Below, one piece after another: positions 49,784 to 62,283 of a stretch of 64,000 nucleotides of DNA. Numbering within the stretch: position 1 is the first letter of the stretch; every line of letters starts with the position of its first letter. A program made the translations under genes and the position numbers. The notes under the pieces are model-generated. The model ran no database searches and was not told the DNA's origin. It saw only the letters and a list, made by a program, of their open reading frames with translations. Origin of the DNA: Klebsormidium nitens (taxonomy: Eukaryota > Plantae > Klebsormidiophyceae). Location of the stretch: positions 27,119 to 91,118 of the forward strand of contig DF237326.1 of NCBI GenBank assembly GCA_000708835.1. Reading direction: 5' to 3'.

Positions 49784-52094
49784 CACAGTTGGGGACCTGT
49801 TGCAACATTGGTGTTTGAGGGAGTCTGCAAGCTAATTCGTAAACTAATCTAGTCGTCCAAGTCAAATGCTGATACACACACCACCGTGGCAAAAGCAGCG
49901 CACCATTGCTGTAAAGGGTCGATCAGGAGTCAACATTGGGGCCGGACCGTTTATCTGAGTCAAAAGGTAAGGCATTGGTTGCGTTTGTTTTCGCGCCTCA
50001 TGTCAATCTGCACGTTCAAGCGGACTCGATTGCAATGTTATCATACATGCATGCTCGTTGATGACATGTGCGCTTACTAATGATTCCTAAAGTTTCGTGA
50101 CATCGGCGTCGCCGAGTTGCCGGACAAATGATATACGAATATTCACTACAATGCAAATTCCGACATGATGTGCGCATTGATTCAGCAGTTTCGAAATCAT
50201 AACGTGGTCATGACTTATGCATGACTCACCAACATGCAGGCCGGATCACACACATACATACGGATTTAACGAACTCTGACGGAGCATTTTCGGAACTGTC
50301 GGATCAAACACATGCTAAGATTCTTACGACCGGCGGGGGCAGGCTAGACCCACGCAGACACCGGCCAGGCTAAACTAACAAACACACCATGACATGCAAT
50401 CGAGTGACTAAGTTATGACTCGAGAGAAATTCATTGAATGAATGGATTGAACGAAACCAATGCTAGCCTGTTCTTGCGGAATCATGTTGATCGAATCATA
50501 ATATGTATTTCGTATGTTTCGATATAGAGCAAGCGCGGCCACACTTATCGGATTTTTCGCGGCGATCTAGCCGCTCGAGCAAGGTTAACCAGCACCGAAT
50601 TGAGTTTGGCAAGGCGTAAACGTACCATGCCGGTCTAGACTCTCAGTAGCTCTATATGGGATCAAACAGACCGTATTTTTTATACCATCCTAGATGGTCA
50701 GTGAATTTAGACTTCATGGAATTTAGGATCACTTAACGACAAGTCTCGCGCAAGGGGGGTTTCCGTGTGAGGTGAGAGCCTAGGCGAGAGTGGACTCGAG
50801 ATACTCTTGGAGCTGTATCTTCGATCCCACTGAGTCCGAGATCAAGAGGACAGAGGGGAGGCTGCATGAGGGTGAAGGACTCGGTCGCGGCAGATGATTC
50901 AATCACCGTCAACTCCGGGGGAACCCCGTTTGTTGGTGGATGTCCGGTCCGACACGGAGGTTAGGCAGATCCCGGGCCTCTGAGTCCGGTCTGCGGCGGA
51001 GTCGGCTGTGGACTCAGCGGGGGGCATGCTGCACTCGTTGCTTCGAGGCCGCTAAGCCTCGAACTTAACTTAAGCGGCCACTGAGACGTACAACGGTCGC
51101 GAATCATGCGCCACAAAATACCCTCGTACGGTAAGTTCGATTCTGTAGCAGTAGAGAATTCGGGCATGCATGCTGCAGGGAGGCCGGGCCCGATTGACAT
51201 GCTTCTGCGGTCATGATGCCTCTTCCCGCTGTGCGCGATCCGCTCTGCGAGTTGTTTGGCTGAGATGAGGGCGGCGTCGATCTCGGCTCAAATTAGGCCC
51301 TAATATCGATATAGCTCATGTAGATCGGTGCATGTGCATAGCGCATTGAACATGGCTCGTGCTACTGAGCTGCTCATGCAGAGCATTTTAGGTGCGCGAG
51401 GGGCCTCTGGCCTCTGGCAATTGCCAAGATTTGTTGGTCCAAGGGTCGTGGAGATGTCATGTCACGATGATCGCTGAGGAGTGCAATATTTGAGGTGCCA
51501 TGCCACTCCGAGTCCGACCACACATGACAATCTGAGAATTAATTGGCTCGGCCAACCGTTGCCGCCATGTTTTATTTGTATCATCATTGTCATTGTCATT
51601 CAACTATATCTCAGACAGATATCAAAGAGCTTGACGGACAAAGATGGATACCAGAATCACCTGCCTTGTGGAGTCACGGAGAGTCTGTGCCGCGCCTGTG
51701 GATATATGTATGTCGACAGTATGCCGCAATCCGTTCTTGACTAAGAATAAGAATCATACTACAAGTATCCGATCGAACTACATGAATGGTTCACGGTTGC
51801 ATTCATACTGTGCTTCCAAGTTGGCCCACCGAGGGTGGTAAAAAATTACAAGATTATTCATCCGGTCTCAGCCTTTTGCCTATCAACCCCAACGATGCCT
51901 TCTCAAGCGTACCAAAATATTTAACACTACTGTATATGGTACAAAACGTCGTATGTACAGGTATGTATCTTGTTCCCTGCTTCCAACAATGTGGTTGCAT
52001 ACTCAAAAGCAAAAGCCAAAGAATTGCCTAGTTATTCTCTTTAGAGTTCAAACTTCTCGCAAACTCTACCGCCAAATGCTAGCCTTGGCGCAGA

Positions 52095-55000
52095 CTACAC
52101 ATCCATGTCCATGTCGTTCACAAAGCCTTCATCCTCTTGTTCACTAAACCCTTCCTCAGAAGACAGGGAAGCCTCGTCCAAGGCCAACTTGCTGCATTTG
52201 TAGAATTAAATGAGTTCAGCCAATCCGATGTTAATCTGTAATGAAGCAGACTGCATTACGAGCAGGGAGACGTTATGCACAAGGTCGTTTGAGCAAGACA
52301 TGGATGTGAAATCCAAGAAAAGATACTGCTGATAAAAGACCCACCTTTTACATCGACAGCTGAAGTAAAGTATCCGCTTCAGCTTTTTGTTGTAGAAGAA
52401 GTAATTGAAGGACCAGCTGCAAACAGTACAGCAGGAGTAGCTCAGCGTCCAGCCTCATGAGCCCTAAGCATGTTACTTTTGAAGCAGGGCCGCTGCAAAG
52501 CGTCAGGTCTTGCGTCGCAATCAACAATGCTAAGAAAGCGTTTGATTACTAAACACCAACTGCTGAGCATAGGCAGTGCGTAACAAGCAACATGCTTAGC
52601 AAGCCCGGCAATGCATGCGAGGCGCACGCACATGGCCCCCTTCTCTCCGAATGGGTCTCCATCATGATCCGACTTGTAGCTGTACACGTCACAATCCACC
52701 AGCTGGATCACCTGCATCATGTAGGAGGAGGCCAGAGGACTGCGTCATTTAGGATCGGCATGGCAGCGTCGCGCACTGTGTGCACACTTGGCCACCGGCA
52801 CCCGGAAGCAGTGGGGCATAGTAGGCAGAAGCAAGGCAGAGCAACCTGCTGGCTGCTTACCTCATCAATGGCACTCCACAAGGCTTCCAGGAAGGAAGTG
52901 GAGTCCCCCACATCTCGCGCCCAGACCTGCGGTGGATGCATGGGGGCTGGGGTCGGTCAAGGCCAGTGCCGCTATGAAGATGGAATACCAGCTGCCGCAC
53001 TGAGATGGAAGACTGCTGTGCTCTGGCGACCAAGAAGCGGTTGAAAAGGCACAGCTGTACGATGCAGGCATCAAACGTGTCCTGGATGCCAGGTGGCATC
53101 TTCAGAGGTGGCAGTCTTGTCCTTCTGGCCACTGACCTGGCCTGTCTCCATCAACGAGTTGTCGATGGTCTGCCGAACGGCGGCCACCCCCTTCTCTTTG
53201 CAGAAGTGGTGCGCTCGCAGAGTGCTGAATGCAAAAAGGGGGGGCAGCAGATGGGGATGGGGACGTGCACCGGCCAGCTGGGACAGACATCTTTCAACCC
53301 AAGCAACCTTCTTAAGGCTGCCTGCGGCCCCACCTACTACCGCCCTTGCTGACAGGGCCCACTGCAGCGCCACTAGAGGTCTCCCCAATGATCCACTAAT
53401 GTCCTTATTGATCGAAGGAATAGCTTCGATCAAGTCCTTCAACTTTGGTTGAAATGTGTTCAACCAAAGTTAAACACATTCAACTTTGGTTGAATGTGTT
53501 TAACCAAAGGCGGAGAAACAATGTCCAAAAAAAAGAACTCAAAGGATTCACTTTGAGCAACATGAACTTGAGTGAAGCAGACCAACCCACTCAGAAAAGC
53601 ACCGGAGAACAAAAGGCAATATACCATTCGCAGGTTTGTCTGCAATTTTTAGGATCACGAAAGGCAAAAATCTGAACACAAGAGATTTGAGAGTACTCCC
53701 TAAGCTCGATTCCCAGTCCTAACATTGGCACACTAAATCCTACACAATGAGCAAATGTGGTTAAGCATTGAAAGAATGCATATAAATCAATTCACCAAGG
53801 ACATAAGTCAGCGTGAAAGTGCTCAGTGCAGCATCTGACTATACTATTAAGGTGGATCATGCACCGGGAGACAACCTGGACCGGTCAAGAAGCTCCTGGG
53901 CTGCCCACGGTGGGGCCCCAGGAGCAGAGGAAATGGAGAGACTTGAACTCTCAGCCCAAAAGGGCAACGGCCAGAAACCGCCTGTCATCCTTTGACAGCA
54001 CTTCCAGGAAATGTCAAGAACCACAAGCATGGGGTACCCGTGCGGCCTGCCAAGCAGAGCAACGCAGGGCATAGCCCACAAAAGCATAAGAGCTTCAGAA
54101 AGTTCAGAGGAGAACAGCGAAGATACACTGCGGACACACCATCCAGACAGAGCATAGTGGCTGATACTCCTGCAGCGCAGACTTCAGTTAATCTGGGAGA
54201 TCCTACCTGAAGTCATAATCAGGGTACATGTGGTTCAGAGTCAGGATTAGGTAGATGAGGGTCTTCCGGCTGCAGAGGACGACAAGAAGGGCAGTTAGGT
54301 TCATCGAAAGTATCTATTTCGCAGAGACACAAACCTCCGCAAATCTGCAGCTGCCAACTGCCTATCCTGCAATGCATTATGCACAGACTTCTAATTTGCT
54401 GACCAACTTGAGAGAGTAGGATCGACAAGGGATGAGCTGCACCCCCCAAGCTACGCGGCACAGTCCTCAGCTACAAGCAAATCCTGAGATGGGGTAAGTT
54501 TCTGGCACACTACCTGGCGGAACTAGAGAGGGGTCCAACCGGTGATGTGGCCAGCTCCTGAGGGGACACGGAGAAGGACTCCAAGACCTGCCAGGCAGCA
54601 CACTAAGAACTGCTGAGGCAGCGACATTGAGACATGCGGTGCGAGGGCATGGCCGTTGGTAATTTTGAGTCCCAGGTGGCTCAGCTTGACACCATAGGCT
54701 ACAACATCTTGACTGCAGTTCTCTCTGCCTGCTTCTGACAGTTGCAAAGACTGGGCAAGAGACTCGCAGCTTACCTCTTGCTCTAGATTTCGGGACAGCT
54801 TCTTGTCTATTCCGGCCAGCTTGCCTGGAAAATAAGTTGGGCATTACAGACCGATGAAAGGGCAAGGTACAGCTGGGGGGGCAGCAGGCGGCCCAATCTG
54901 GTAAATTTCGTCACACAAGGCACAGCCAACAAGAGCTCAAACCAGGAGCTGCCACAGGATGAGAATGACAGGGCAGGAGTTGCAGGTCGCAGCAAAGGGA

Positions 55001-55552
55001 AGACCAGAGCTCTACATGCGACAGGTTTTCAATGGGGCTCGGATGTCACTCACAGGAATAAGCCTCAAGATCGCCTTCTATGATGTAGTCTCCCAGATTG
55101 ACATGCCCCAGGAAGGAATTCAATCTGGCGAGGAAGCCACTGTCAGTTCAGGCATACTAGGTCCATCAAGTATGCAGATGACTGGACAGAAGCATCTTGC
55201 AGTATGATGTGGTGGATGTGCTCCTCAGATCCAGGGGCTCCTTGTAGACCTAGCTGGTAGAATATCTGAGTACAGCCCCTTGAACCATGCTGTGGAACTA
55301 GAGCCAGGATTCATTCGAGCTTGGCCACAAATTACTCAAAGCGGCCCACAATCCCCAAGTCAGATGGTGGTAAAGAGAAAGAAGGTCAACAGAAAGATTA
55401 CCCAAGTCAGCAATCCTAGCACTGTGTTCCTCTCATAAACTGCCCTCCAAGAGCTGCTGTTAGAGAGCCACTGAACACTTTTAGCATGCAACACGCAAAA
55501 TGCTCAACAAAAATACTCACGTTGCCAATGGCGTATACTCGAGAAACTTCAT
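52095..55552 (-). CDS. MAF1: Repressor of RNA polymerase III transcription MAF1 (about 230 aa), 10 exons
   Basis: Exons: 55552-55521, 55124-55054, 54824-54775, 54587-54514, 54269-54207, 53224-53137, 52926-52861, 52711-52632, 52416-52345, 52191-52095. Reads MKFLEYTPLATLNSFLGHVNLGDYIIEGDLEAYSCKLAGIDKKLSRNLEQE...[39 protein letters not shown]...LWSAIDEVIQLVDCDVYSY...[27 protein letters not shown], ending in an acidic tail ...DMDMDV. Confidence 0.96.
53410..53509. repeat. Interlocking inverted-repeat (fold-back) array in MAF1 intron 5
   Basis: gatcgaag-gaatag-cttcgatc (8-bp stem); aactttggttgaa-atgtg-ttcaaccaaagtt (13-bp stem); aaacacattcaa-ctttgg-ttgaatgtgttt (12-bp stem). The last two are built from the same re-copied sub-sequences. 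Confidence 0.9.
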
Positions 55553-55866
55553 GGCTTCTGATGTTGAAGGCCCTGCTGTTATTTGTGCACCGATACATGA
55601 ACTCTGTCTGCAACTGGTTGTTTGCAACCCTACACACTTTCGAAACCGGCTCCAAAATCCTCCTCCAACTCAATGCGGGGCAAGAAGAGGTGCTCTGATC
55701 TCAGGTTGAACAGCTGGCAGGAAGCGCTGATCACCATGCAGTCGCCTTTGGAAATCAGCAAGATGCGACTTGAGTCTTGGTTTGCCAGCAAGAAGAAACT
55801 TGAATGAATCGAACTTCGAAGCAAAAGCGCGGCCGCAACACCTGCGTTTAGGTAGGTAGGCAGGTA

Positions 55867-56424
55867 CGGTAGGTACCGTACCTCCATGGTACCTCTGGGG
55901 AATCCGGACCTGTCGTGCCCACACCTGGTGAGCCCCATGTGCGGATCTGAACCTTCTATTGAAGCAGAATCTCAGACATCGACGGCGTGCAGGGTGTTCT
56001 CAATCCGGGTACCATATAATTTGAACGTGAGTCTGTGTCGACCTTTGCGCGCACGGTACGGAACCTTTGCTGATTCTGATGCAGGCTCGTGCTAATCAGG
56101 GTTTCCCACGGACTTTTGTCCCGGCCGGCCAGCTGCCGGCGCCCCCCCGGTTCAGCCGGCTCGGTAGTCGGTCCTTGGCTGTACCGGCCAGCTGAGACTA
56201 GAGAGTGCCCGCAGTTTCTGCCGGCTAGCAGCCGGCTGGGTGCCTTCGGCACCGGCCGGAGTCCCATCTCGGCCGGCCAGGTCTAGGTTCTCTTGCCGGC
56301 TGTGGGAAACCCTGGTGCTAATAATCTTACTTGAAGTTTGAACATGACACACATGAAGGAGGGAGCTAGAGAACGGAGACCCGGATCCTCGTTGTTCTCT
56401 GAGGACCAGTGAGGTTACCTACCG
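55867..56424. mobile_element. TA-flanked non-autonomous element (same end family as 44876-45483), host of a nested hAT MITE
   Basis: TA|CGGTAGGTA...TACCTACCG|TA: 9-bp perfect TIR with imperfect extension (acctc-ggt-cctc). It sits in the MAF1/PAT1 head-to-head interval. Confidence 0.65.
56097..56314. mobile_element. hAT-superfamily MITE, 218 bp, 13-bp perfect TIR, 8-bp TSD
   Basis: TIR CAGGGTTTCCCAC / GTGGGAAACCCTG. The TSD GTGCTAAT appears at 56089-56096 and 56315-56322. The interior has about a dozen CCGG sites. An 8-bp TSD with a CAG-starting TIR is characteristic of hAT. Confidence 0.93.
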
Positions 56425-56603
56425 TATTGAGGAATGTTGCAAACAGGGGTGTCGCCTACAGATAATCTTCAATAGGACGAGGAGCAAGGTGGTTTTCCTT
56501 GTTATTGTAGGCTTGAGAGTTGGTTCGCTGAAACCAACTTCCAAATTAGTGGCAATAGAGCTGCTGAGGGTTTGTTTCAACGCAGCTGTTTAACTGGACA
56601 GCC

Positions 56604-59600
56604 ATGGATCGTCGTGAGGGGACCATGGGACGCACTCGATCGCGAGACAATGAGACATTCGGAGGCATCGAGGCAGAAGGTAGGCACTTGCACTGTGGTT
56701 TCTCTTTATGCAGAATTATGGACCTTGGCAGGCACTTCGAGGTGTGCTGCGAGGAATGTCTCGCTCATCACGTTTTCTTTTCTTGCTGCTATTAAAGCTT
56801 GCTTTAGACTTTCCAAGCAACGCTGTCATCTTAGGTTTTTGCTGTTGTTTTTTCAATGCATCCAGCTTCCAGGAGCAATCAACGCAGCTGGAGGGCGTGC
56901 ATTGGTCCTAGGGCTCTTTCACTGCTTGCATTTGTGCTTTGTTTAGGTCTTGTTCTGATTGCATTGCCACCACGACTTCAGGTAGGGGCGATTTGCACAA
57001 TCGCATTCATAATGGTTGGGAGTGGACAAGCATCCACTGGCACAAAAGCCTTGCTTACAACTTTGTATCTACGTTTCTGATGCTCACCTTACTGGATTCA
57101 CCTATGCTGCAAGTGGTGCATCGATCGTAATAATGAACATGCACAGTTGCGTTTGCATGGTTCACCCCAGGGTTGCTAGAAGTGACCTTGTTGTAGAGAA
57201 TGCTTTTGCCGGCCTTTCTTGCACAGAGGGCTGCTGTTCTGTGGATCTTTTTATTGAAGATGGGATTGCGCTGAACATGCTGTTTGTTGATGCAGCGGCT
57301 GTGTGGCACCAGGCCGACCACCCATCTGCAGCCAATTTCGAGGAGGAGCGTTTGAAACGACATAATGGTGGAGAGCAGAACCTGAAGGCACCCGCAGCTT
57401 TTGTTGAATTTGACCCCGGCAATGGTTCTTTAAATAAAGATGCGGGCGAGGATTTCAATGCGGGCGCTTATGCCTTTTTTGGGGACCCAAGCGGCAGTGG
57501 TCTGGAGCTGGAGTTGGGTGGACTTGAGGAGGATGCGGGGGGTGCACTTGCCCCAGATGACGAGGGCGGGGTGAAAGGGCTGGAAGGGGAGGAAGAGGTG
57601 GACATTGAGGAGCTGCGAGATGACGACAGCAAGCAGCAGGTGGCACAGGCATTTGCGAAGGTCAGTGCTGCCACTTGAAACTCAAACCCTAGCATCGGTC
57701 ATGCTGCAGGTTTACAATGCTTGATTTGTTCGGAAAGTGCTTTCCTTGGCATGCAAAGTAAGAATCTGGCACTTTCTTGACCAGTGTGAGCATGGGTCAC
57801 CTCTCCTTGTGGAAAGGCTCAGCATGATGTTCATCGCAACACTCTATCGCAAATGTGCTCCAGCATGCGCACCCAGCTACTGAGTTTCTTCCCTGGACTC
57901 TCATACTATAGTTGCGCGGGAACATGCCGTAATATTTTCCGGCATGTGCGCTTCTTGAAGGATAAAATTCAGTATTTGTGTTAGCATGCTACAGTAACCT
58001 CGAAATACCTTTTGGCACCTTCCGCCTGCCAAATTTGAGATTGCATCTTCTAACGCGCCTTGGTTTTCCGACAGTTGACCACTTCCGATGGCCCGCCTGC
58101 GCCTGCGCCCTGGCAACTGGTGGACACTAGCTCAAGCACTGCCCCTGCTGCCACCCCTGCTTCTGCACAACCCGCATGGTGGCCACGAGCAGAGGGCCCT
58201 GCAGGCGGCCCTCAGGAGAGCTGGGAGTGGCACGTGCGCCAGTTGCAGGCGCAGCAGGCCCAGCAGCGGCAGCTGCAGCAGGGGCAAGGCCTGCCAGCAG
58301 GCGCCCTGTCTGTGGAGCAGCTGGAGGCCAGCCTCAGGCAGGGATCTGCGCATGAGCGCACCCAAGGTTACCCGGCCGCCTCTGGGGCTCCCCCCAACCG
58401 AGGCCCGCCAGGCTTCTCAGCATCCCGGCCTGCCGCTTTCCCTGCTGGAGGACCCCCGCTCCCGCACTTTGATCAGGGGCGTCCCCAGTTTCGTGGCCCC
58501 CCTATTGGGCCTGTCTATGGCGGTTCCTGGGCACAGCCTTCCCCTGGTCATCTAGGAGAACGCACACACTCCCCGCAACCTTTACCACCCGCGTGGGGGG
58601 ACGCCCTCAGCTCCCAGGCTCTACTCCATTTGCATGCCCTCCAACAGCAGCAGCAGCAGCAGCAGGCCTCCGTTGCGAGCCTTCCTCCTCCATATGCACA
58701 TGAGCAGGGCCCCTCGGCCGGGCCCTACTATGGGGGTGCAGCCCAGCTGCGGCCACAGCGAGCAGGGGGCGAGGGGCAGCCCCACTACGGCAGCCATCAG
58801 TCCAGCTCTGCAGAGAGGCGGCCTGGCCCCATGCCCCCGCAGGGGCAGGGCTATGGCGCGCTGCAGCAGCAGGGGTATCAAGGTCGGCCCAACTACAGGT
58901 GAGCCCCAAGTGGACGGGGAGGGGGATCAAGGGGGCGTGCATATATGGGCATGTGGGCATGTGGGCATGGGGGCTGCGCTGGACTGTTCGAAAGAGTTGC
59001 TTGCTTTGCGATGCAGATGTGTNNNNNNNNNNNNNNNNNNNNNNNNNNNNNNNNNNNNNNNNNNNNNNNNNNNNNNNNNNNNNNNNNNNNNNNNNNNNNN
59101 NNNNNNNNNNNNNNNNNNNNNNNNNNNNNNNNNNNNNNNNNNNNNNNNNNNNNNNNNNNNNNNNNNNNNNNNNNNNNNNNNNNNNNNNNNNNNNNNNNNN
59201 NNNNNNNNNNNNNNNNNNNNNNNNNNNNNNNNNNNNNNNNNNNNNNNNNNNNNNNNNNNNNNNNNNNNNNNNNNNNNNNNNNNNNNNNNNNNNNNNNNNN
59301 NNNNNNNNNNNNNNNNNNNNNNNNNNNNNNNNNNNNNNNNNNNNNNNNNNNNNNNNNNNNNNNNNNNNNNNNNNNNNNNNNNNNNNNNNNNNNNNNNNNN
59401 NNNNGACTGTTCGAAAGAGTTGCTTGCTTTGCGATGCAGATGTGTCGTTTGTCCCTCAGGAGTGCGGCCCTCGAATGGCATGGCAGGCCTTCTTGATGCA
59501 GCATTTTGTGTTGCATTGTCTTGTTGCTTGCCTGCTCGCGCTGGCCTGAGCATGCGCTGCGGTCGGACAGGTCCAAGTACGTGAGCCACGAGGAGGTGGA

Positions 59601-62283
59601 GGCAATCGTTCGCATGCAGTGGAGCGCGACGCACCCGCAGGACCCATACACCGATGATTACTACCACCAGGCCAGCCAGGCCAAGGCCGACGCCGCCACC
59701 CCGCATGGCCGCCGCCATTTTGCGCCCTCGCACCTGCGCGAGGGGAAGGCCACTGCGGAGCCCCACGCCTTCTTGCAGGTAAGGCGCGCCAGGCATCAAG
59801 CAGCCTCAGGCACATGGGTTAGGCCAGTTGTTAGTCAGGGGCTGCTTCGAGGAGGGCAGTCTTCGTCACGGGCCTTTTGCCTAAAGTTACATTGAAACGA
59901 TAAATGCAGATTCGGTCTAGTGTGTGTCCTTCCAACGGGCCTTCTGTGCATAGCATCTCTAGCAGCTGTCTGCCAGTAGGCGGGCCACCGATATGCTGTG
60001 CAAACACTTGAGAGTTGTTCTGCTTGAGCATCTGCATTGGCTCCTGACTTTCAACTCCTCTGTTCATCTTTTCTTTGAATGTGACTTGATAAGTCGTTCT
60101 TTGTACCTCCAACATTCAGGGAATAACTTTTGTGTTGTCAATGCATGTCGTTTTCTGATAAGCACAGTTTTTGGCGATCTTTTTGGGTGCAAGCGCTTAT
60201 ATCTCCGTGTCAACATCGCGATTGTTGTCAGATACTTGTAGTTTCAGCGAGCTTTCATCAGCTTGTCCGCTCACTAGGGCGGAGCCAGCAGCTTCTCTAC
60301 ATGCGTCACCTTACCCCTTCCAGCGCAGTCCGCGCCGGTGCAATCCTCCTCGTGCTTCTCTGCGCTCTGCCTTCCTGGCCAAACGACCCCCCCTCGCGCA
60401 TACGCCAACCATACTGCGCTGTTCCGTCGGTGTGCGGCGTTCTTACCCGTGCGCCTCTGCATGCCCAGGTGGAGGGCTTGGGCCGCATCCCCTTCTCGTC
60501 CATCCGCCGCCCGCGGCCGCTGCTGGAGGTCAGTGCCCCCCCCTCCAACAAGGATGGCTCCCGCGACACCCTCACGCCGCCGCCGCCGCGGCCCCTGGAG
60601 CAGGAGCCCATGCTGGCAGCGCGGATCGCCATTGAGGACGGCATGTGCCTGCTCCTGGTGAGCCCTCGCAGGCTGCGACGAGGCATCACGCTGCTCATGT
60701 CCACCAGTCAGGCATGGTGGCTGGCAGCCTGCTGCAATCTATTGCACAGGGGTCGCCGTATGTGGTCACCAATGCGGTTCGTTGTAGCGCTCGGCAAGAT
60801 TACCAATGCTTTGGCTTGGAGGGTTTCATGGGGTTTCAGTGGAGCTGGCCGCATCTTGCGCTGGATTTCCATTAGCGGCGTGCTGCCCCACTCATGCTAC
60901 TGCTGCGGTGGCGTTTTGGGTCTGGCAGGATGTGGACGACATCAACCGCCTGCTGGCCGTCTCCCAGCCCCCTGACGGCGGGCTGCAGCTGCGGCGCCGC
61001 AAGCAGATCCTGCTCGAGGGCCTCGCTGCCTCCTTGCAGCTTTCCGACGCAGCAGGTACGCACGCTGCCGCCCTCCTCCGACAGCGTTCGAGGGATGTCC
61101 TGCTTCTTACTGCCACACTGATGGTCCCCTTCTGTACTTGCAAGTTGGTAGGCTCCTCAGCGGCCATTCCTCCTGACCCTCCCCCTACCTGTTGCCTTCC
61201 CAGACCACGGCGGCGGGCGCGAGCTGAGCGACCTCGTGTTCTTGCGCCTGGTGTCGCTGCCCAAGGGCCGCAAGCTGATTGCGCGCTACCTGCAGCTGCT
61301 GCCGCGTGGCTCCGATCTCTCCCGCACCGTCGTGCTGGCCATCATGCGCCATTTGCGCTTCCTGTTTGGCGGCGCACACGCTGATCCGGGCACAGCTACC
61401 AGCCTTGCAGGTCCGCTAGTGCCCCTTGTTCGAGCCCCCTTGATCTCTGTCTGCTTTTGTGTTGTTTAGAGTTGGAGTAGAGGACCACCCGCGCCTGTTT
61501 CCCTGACGAAGTCCATGGTCGGTGTTTTTGGACACCTTCGATTGGACGACTAGTCCCTTGCCCCTCAAGCCGTGCTGCTGCTGTTTGCTGCAGGCTCTGT
61601 TGCCGCGGCCATCAGCAGCCTGGACCTGGCCGCCCTTAGCGCGTGCCTAGCCACCGCCCTCGGCGCAGTGGAGTACCCCCCACTCCGGCCCCTGCGGAGC
61701 GTGAACGGGGACGGCGCCACCGTGGTGCTTCTGGCGGTGCTGGACCGTGCTTCGGTGCTGCTCAGTGGGCATGAAGGTGGCGCCCTGCCCTCGGCCATGG
61801 CGCAGGAGATCTGGCAGTCCAATTTCGACTCCTTTTTCGGGCTACTGGCCAAGCACTGCAGCGCCAAGTTCGAGGCCATTGCAGCAGCTGCAGAAGCGGG
61901 GGGGGGCATGAACGCGGCGGCTGCAGCAGCAATCGGGGCGGAGGTGAGGCCACGCTGCGCGAGGCCGCTCCTTAGGGGTTCAGGGTTGAAAAGTCGCTCA
62001 GAAGTTCACGAGGAGGGACGGACAGCTCCATAAAGCTTTGCGATGCTTGCCTGCTGCCGAGACAGCATCTACTGGCGAGTGTGTGCTCTGTGCTGCCAAA
62101 GTTCTCACCTGGTACCTTGCTTTGCCGCAGGTGCCCGTCGAGCTGCTGCGCTCCAGCCTGCCCCATACTAACGATAACCAGCGAGCATTTTTGCTGGACA
62201 CAATTAGGAAGACTGTCGCAGCAGGGGGTTTTGCACATGGCGGTAGAGAGATGCAGCCAAGTACGGCAGCCGTCCATGGCTAA
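56604..62283 (+). CDS. PAT1: PAT1 mRNA decapping activator / P-body scaffold, 9 exons
   Basis: Exons: 56604-56679 (least certain), 57296-57660, 58075-58898, 59571-59778, 60469-60657, 60929-61055, 61204-61410, 61594-61943, 62131-62283. Motifs: FNAGAYAFFG...ELGGLEED, a P/Q/G-rich region, RSKYVSHEEVEAIVRMQWSATHPQDPYTDDYYHQA, LGRIPFSSIRRPRPLLEV, PMLAARIAIEDGMCLLLDVDDINRLL, DLVFLRLVSLPKGRKLIARYLQLL, PPLRPL, EVPVELLRSSLPHT. Confidence 0.93.
59023..59404. other. Assembly gap inside PAT1 intron 3, flanked by an identical 41-bp sequence on both sides
   Basis: gactgttcgaaagagttgcttgctttgcgatgcagatgtgt at 58982-59022 and again at 59405-59445. Confidence 0.95.

Noticed and set aside
51800-55800. Initially looked like a degenerate retrotransposon region (lower GC, no long ORF)
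   Set aside because: Ten small phase-consistent exons reconstruct a complete MAF1, and no RT or endonuclease motifs were seen.
58643-58666. CAG microsatellite (poly-Gln) in PAT1 and the (GGGCATGT)3 repeat at about 58947-58972
   Set aside because: Ordinary low-complexity sequence in a disordered region and an intron.
58634-59799. Long ORFs of 180-316 aa in the ORF track
   Set aside because: They are artefacts of translating through the N gap.
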